64,000 nucleotides of DNA from Phoronis australis. Its lineage: Eukaryota; Animalia; Phoronida. The stretch lies in the NCBI GenBank assembly GCA_002633005.1, contig NMRA01000421.1, forward strand, positions 324,171 to 388,170. Direction: 5' to 3'. Of the stretch, positions 63,222 to 64,000 are shown in pieces. The notes under the pieces are model-generated. The model did not search any database, was not told where the DNA came from, and was given only the letters and a program-made list of their open reading frames with translations. How positions within the stretch are numbered: the stretch's first letter is position 1; the number at the start of each line of letters is the position of its first letter. The position numbers were made by a program, and so were the translations under genes.

Positions 63222-63711
63222 CTGGATTGGAAAATAAAGCATGGGAATATGAAATCAGTCAGTTTCAGATTTTAAAGTATCAATTTTGGCACCAAGCAGT
63301 TTGTTCCCTTCCTACTTTGCGGTATTTTTCTTTTCCCCCCGTTCTCCAACAAAGTACGCGTACGAGGAACGGCGCGCAGCCTAAGTTATGTATGTGCACT
63401 TCATAAAAATAACGTTACGGTTAGATGCTTTTTAGAAATTATGGTAACAGTTTGAGATTCTGAGTTTGAGAACATGAGCAGCATCATGGTAAGCAAAACG
63501 TAGACTTTGTGTTTGATGTAATAACAAGTTTGTCTAGCATAAACTTGTTTTGTTTTACATTGTATGTAAAATAATCTGTTAAGTACTTGCCTCATATTGG
63601 AAGTGGGAACTCTATGCTATAATAGGTCCTAGCATTCGCCGTCAACTGTGCGTCAGTGGATAGTCTACTGTGAACTATTTAAACTCCCACGTCCGCCCTA
63701 GGTGGGGGGCA

Positions 63712-63863
63712 CAGTTGCGGATTTAGAGGTGGCCAAGGGGCCATGGCCCCCTTAAAATTCTCCCAGATTCCATTTGGCAGTTCGGATTGCGAATTTCTGA
63801 CGGTTAAACTCTGGCTAATACTCTGCCTTGCCCTCTCAACTCGAAATCCTGGATCCGCCCCTG
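63712..63863. mobile_element. hAT-like MITE remnant
   Basis: CAGTTGCGGATTTAG ... CTGGATCCGCCCCTG termini; no clean TSD. Confidence 0.5.
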
Positions 63864-64000
63864 GGACAATCCCAGGGATGAAGCAACCGTGAACCAACAC
63901 GGAGAGCAAGAATGGGCCTAGGACCATTGCGCTGACCCGTGGTAGCGAGGAGCTGCCTCAATTACCTATTGCTGAGATCTAACGATGTGAAAATTCGAAA

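Noticed and set aside
63316-63380. Possible next upstream exon of the C2-like gene (LRAVPRTRTLLENGGKRKIPQ)
   Set aside because: Phase-compatible, but the acceptor is weak and the sequence could be repeat-derived; not enough support.

Overview
AT-rich, intron-rich animal genomic DNA, probably from a highly heterozygous marine invertebrate draft assembly. It has one 180-N gap and single-N joins between tandem haplotype copies. I reconstructed four spliced genes by hand from splice sites, phase and recalled protein similarity. (1) RRP7A, minus strand, 6 exons in the window; its 3' end lies left of the window. (2) NAA60, plus strand, 5 coding exons, 239 aa, head-to-head with RRP7A; its last intron is a U12-type AT-AC intron. 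(3) A 410-aa synaptotagmin-15-like tandem-C2 protein, minus strand, 6 exons, with no transmembrane helix, an N-terminal Cys cluster and degenerate Ca2+ loops. (4) The 3' end of a second, divergent C2-like gene whose loop 3 carries a Cys/His-rich insertion. The rest is dense transposon debris: a Penelope remnant with inverted pseudo-LTRs, each holding a minimal hammerhead ribozyme; a Kolobok-like element with a dead THAP domain; a Helitron/Helentron-like element whose ~150-bp monomers each carry a CTCF-like motif; two collinear RTE-group LINE pieces 10.6 kb apart; hAT, piggyBac-like and TA-target MITEs; a ~1.1-kb foldback; and mini/microsatellites. I found no prokaryote-type system such as CRISPR. 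All similarities are from recall, not database searches.
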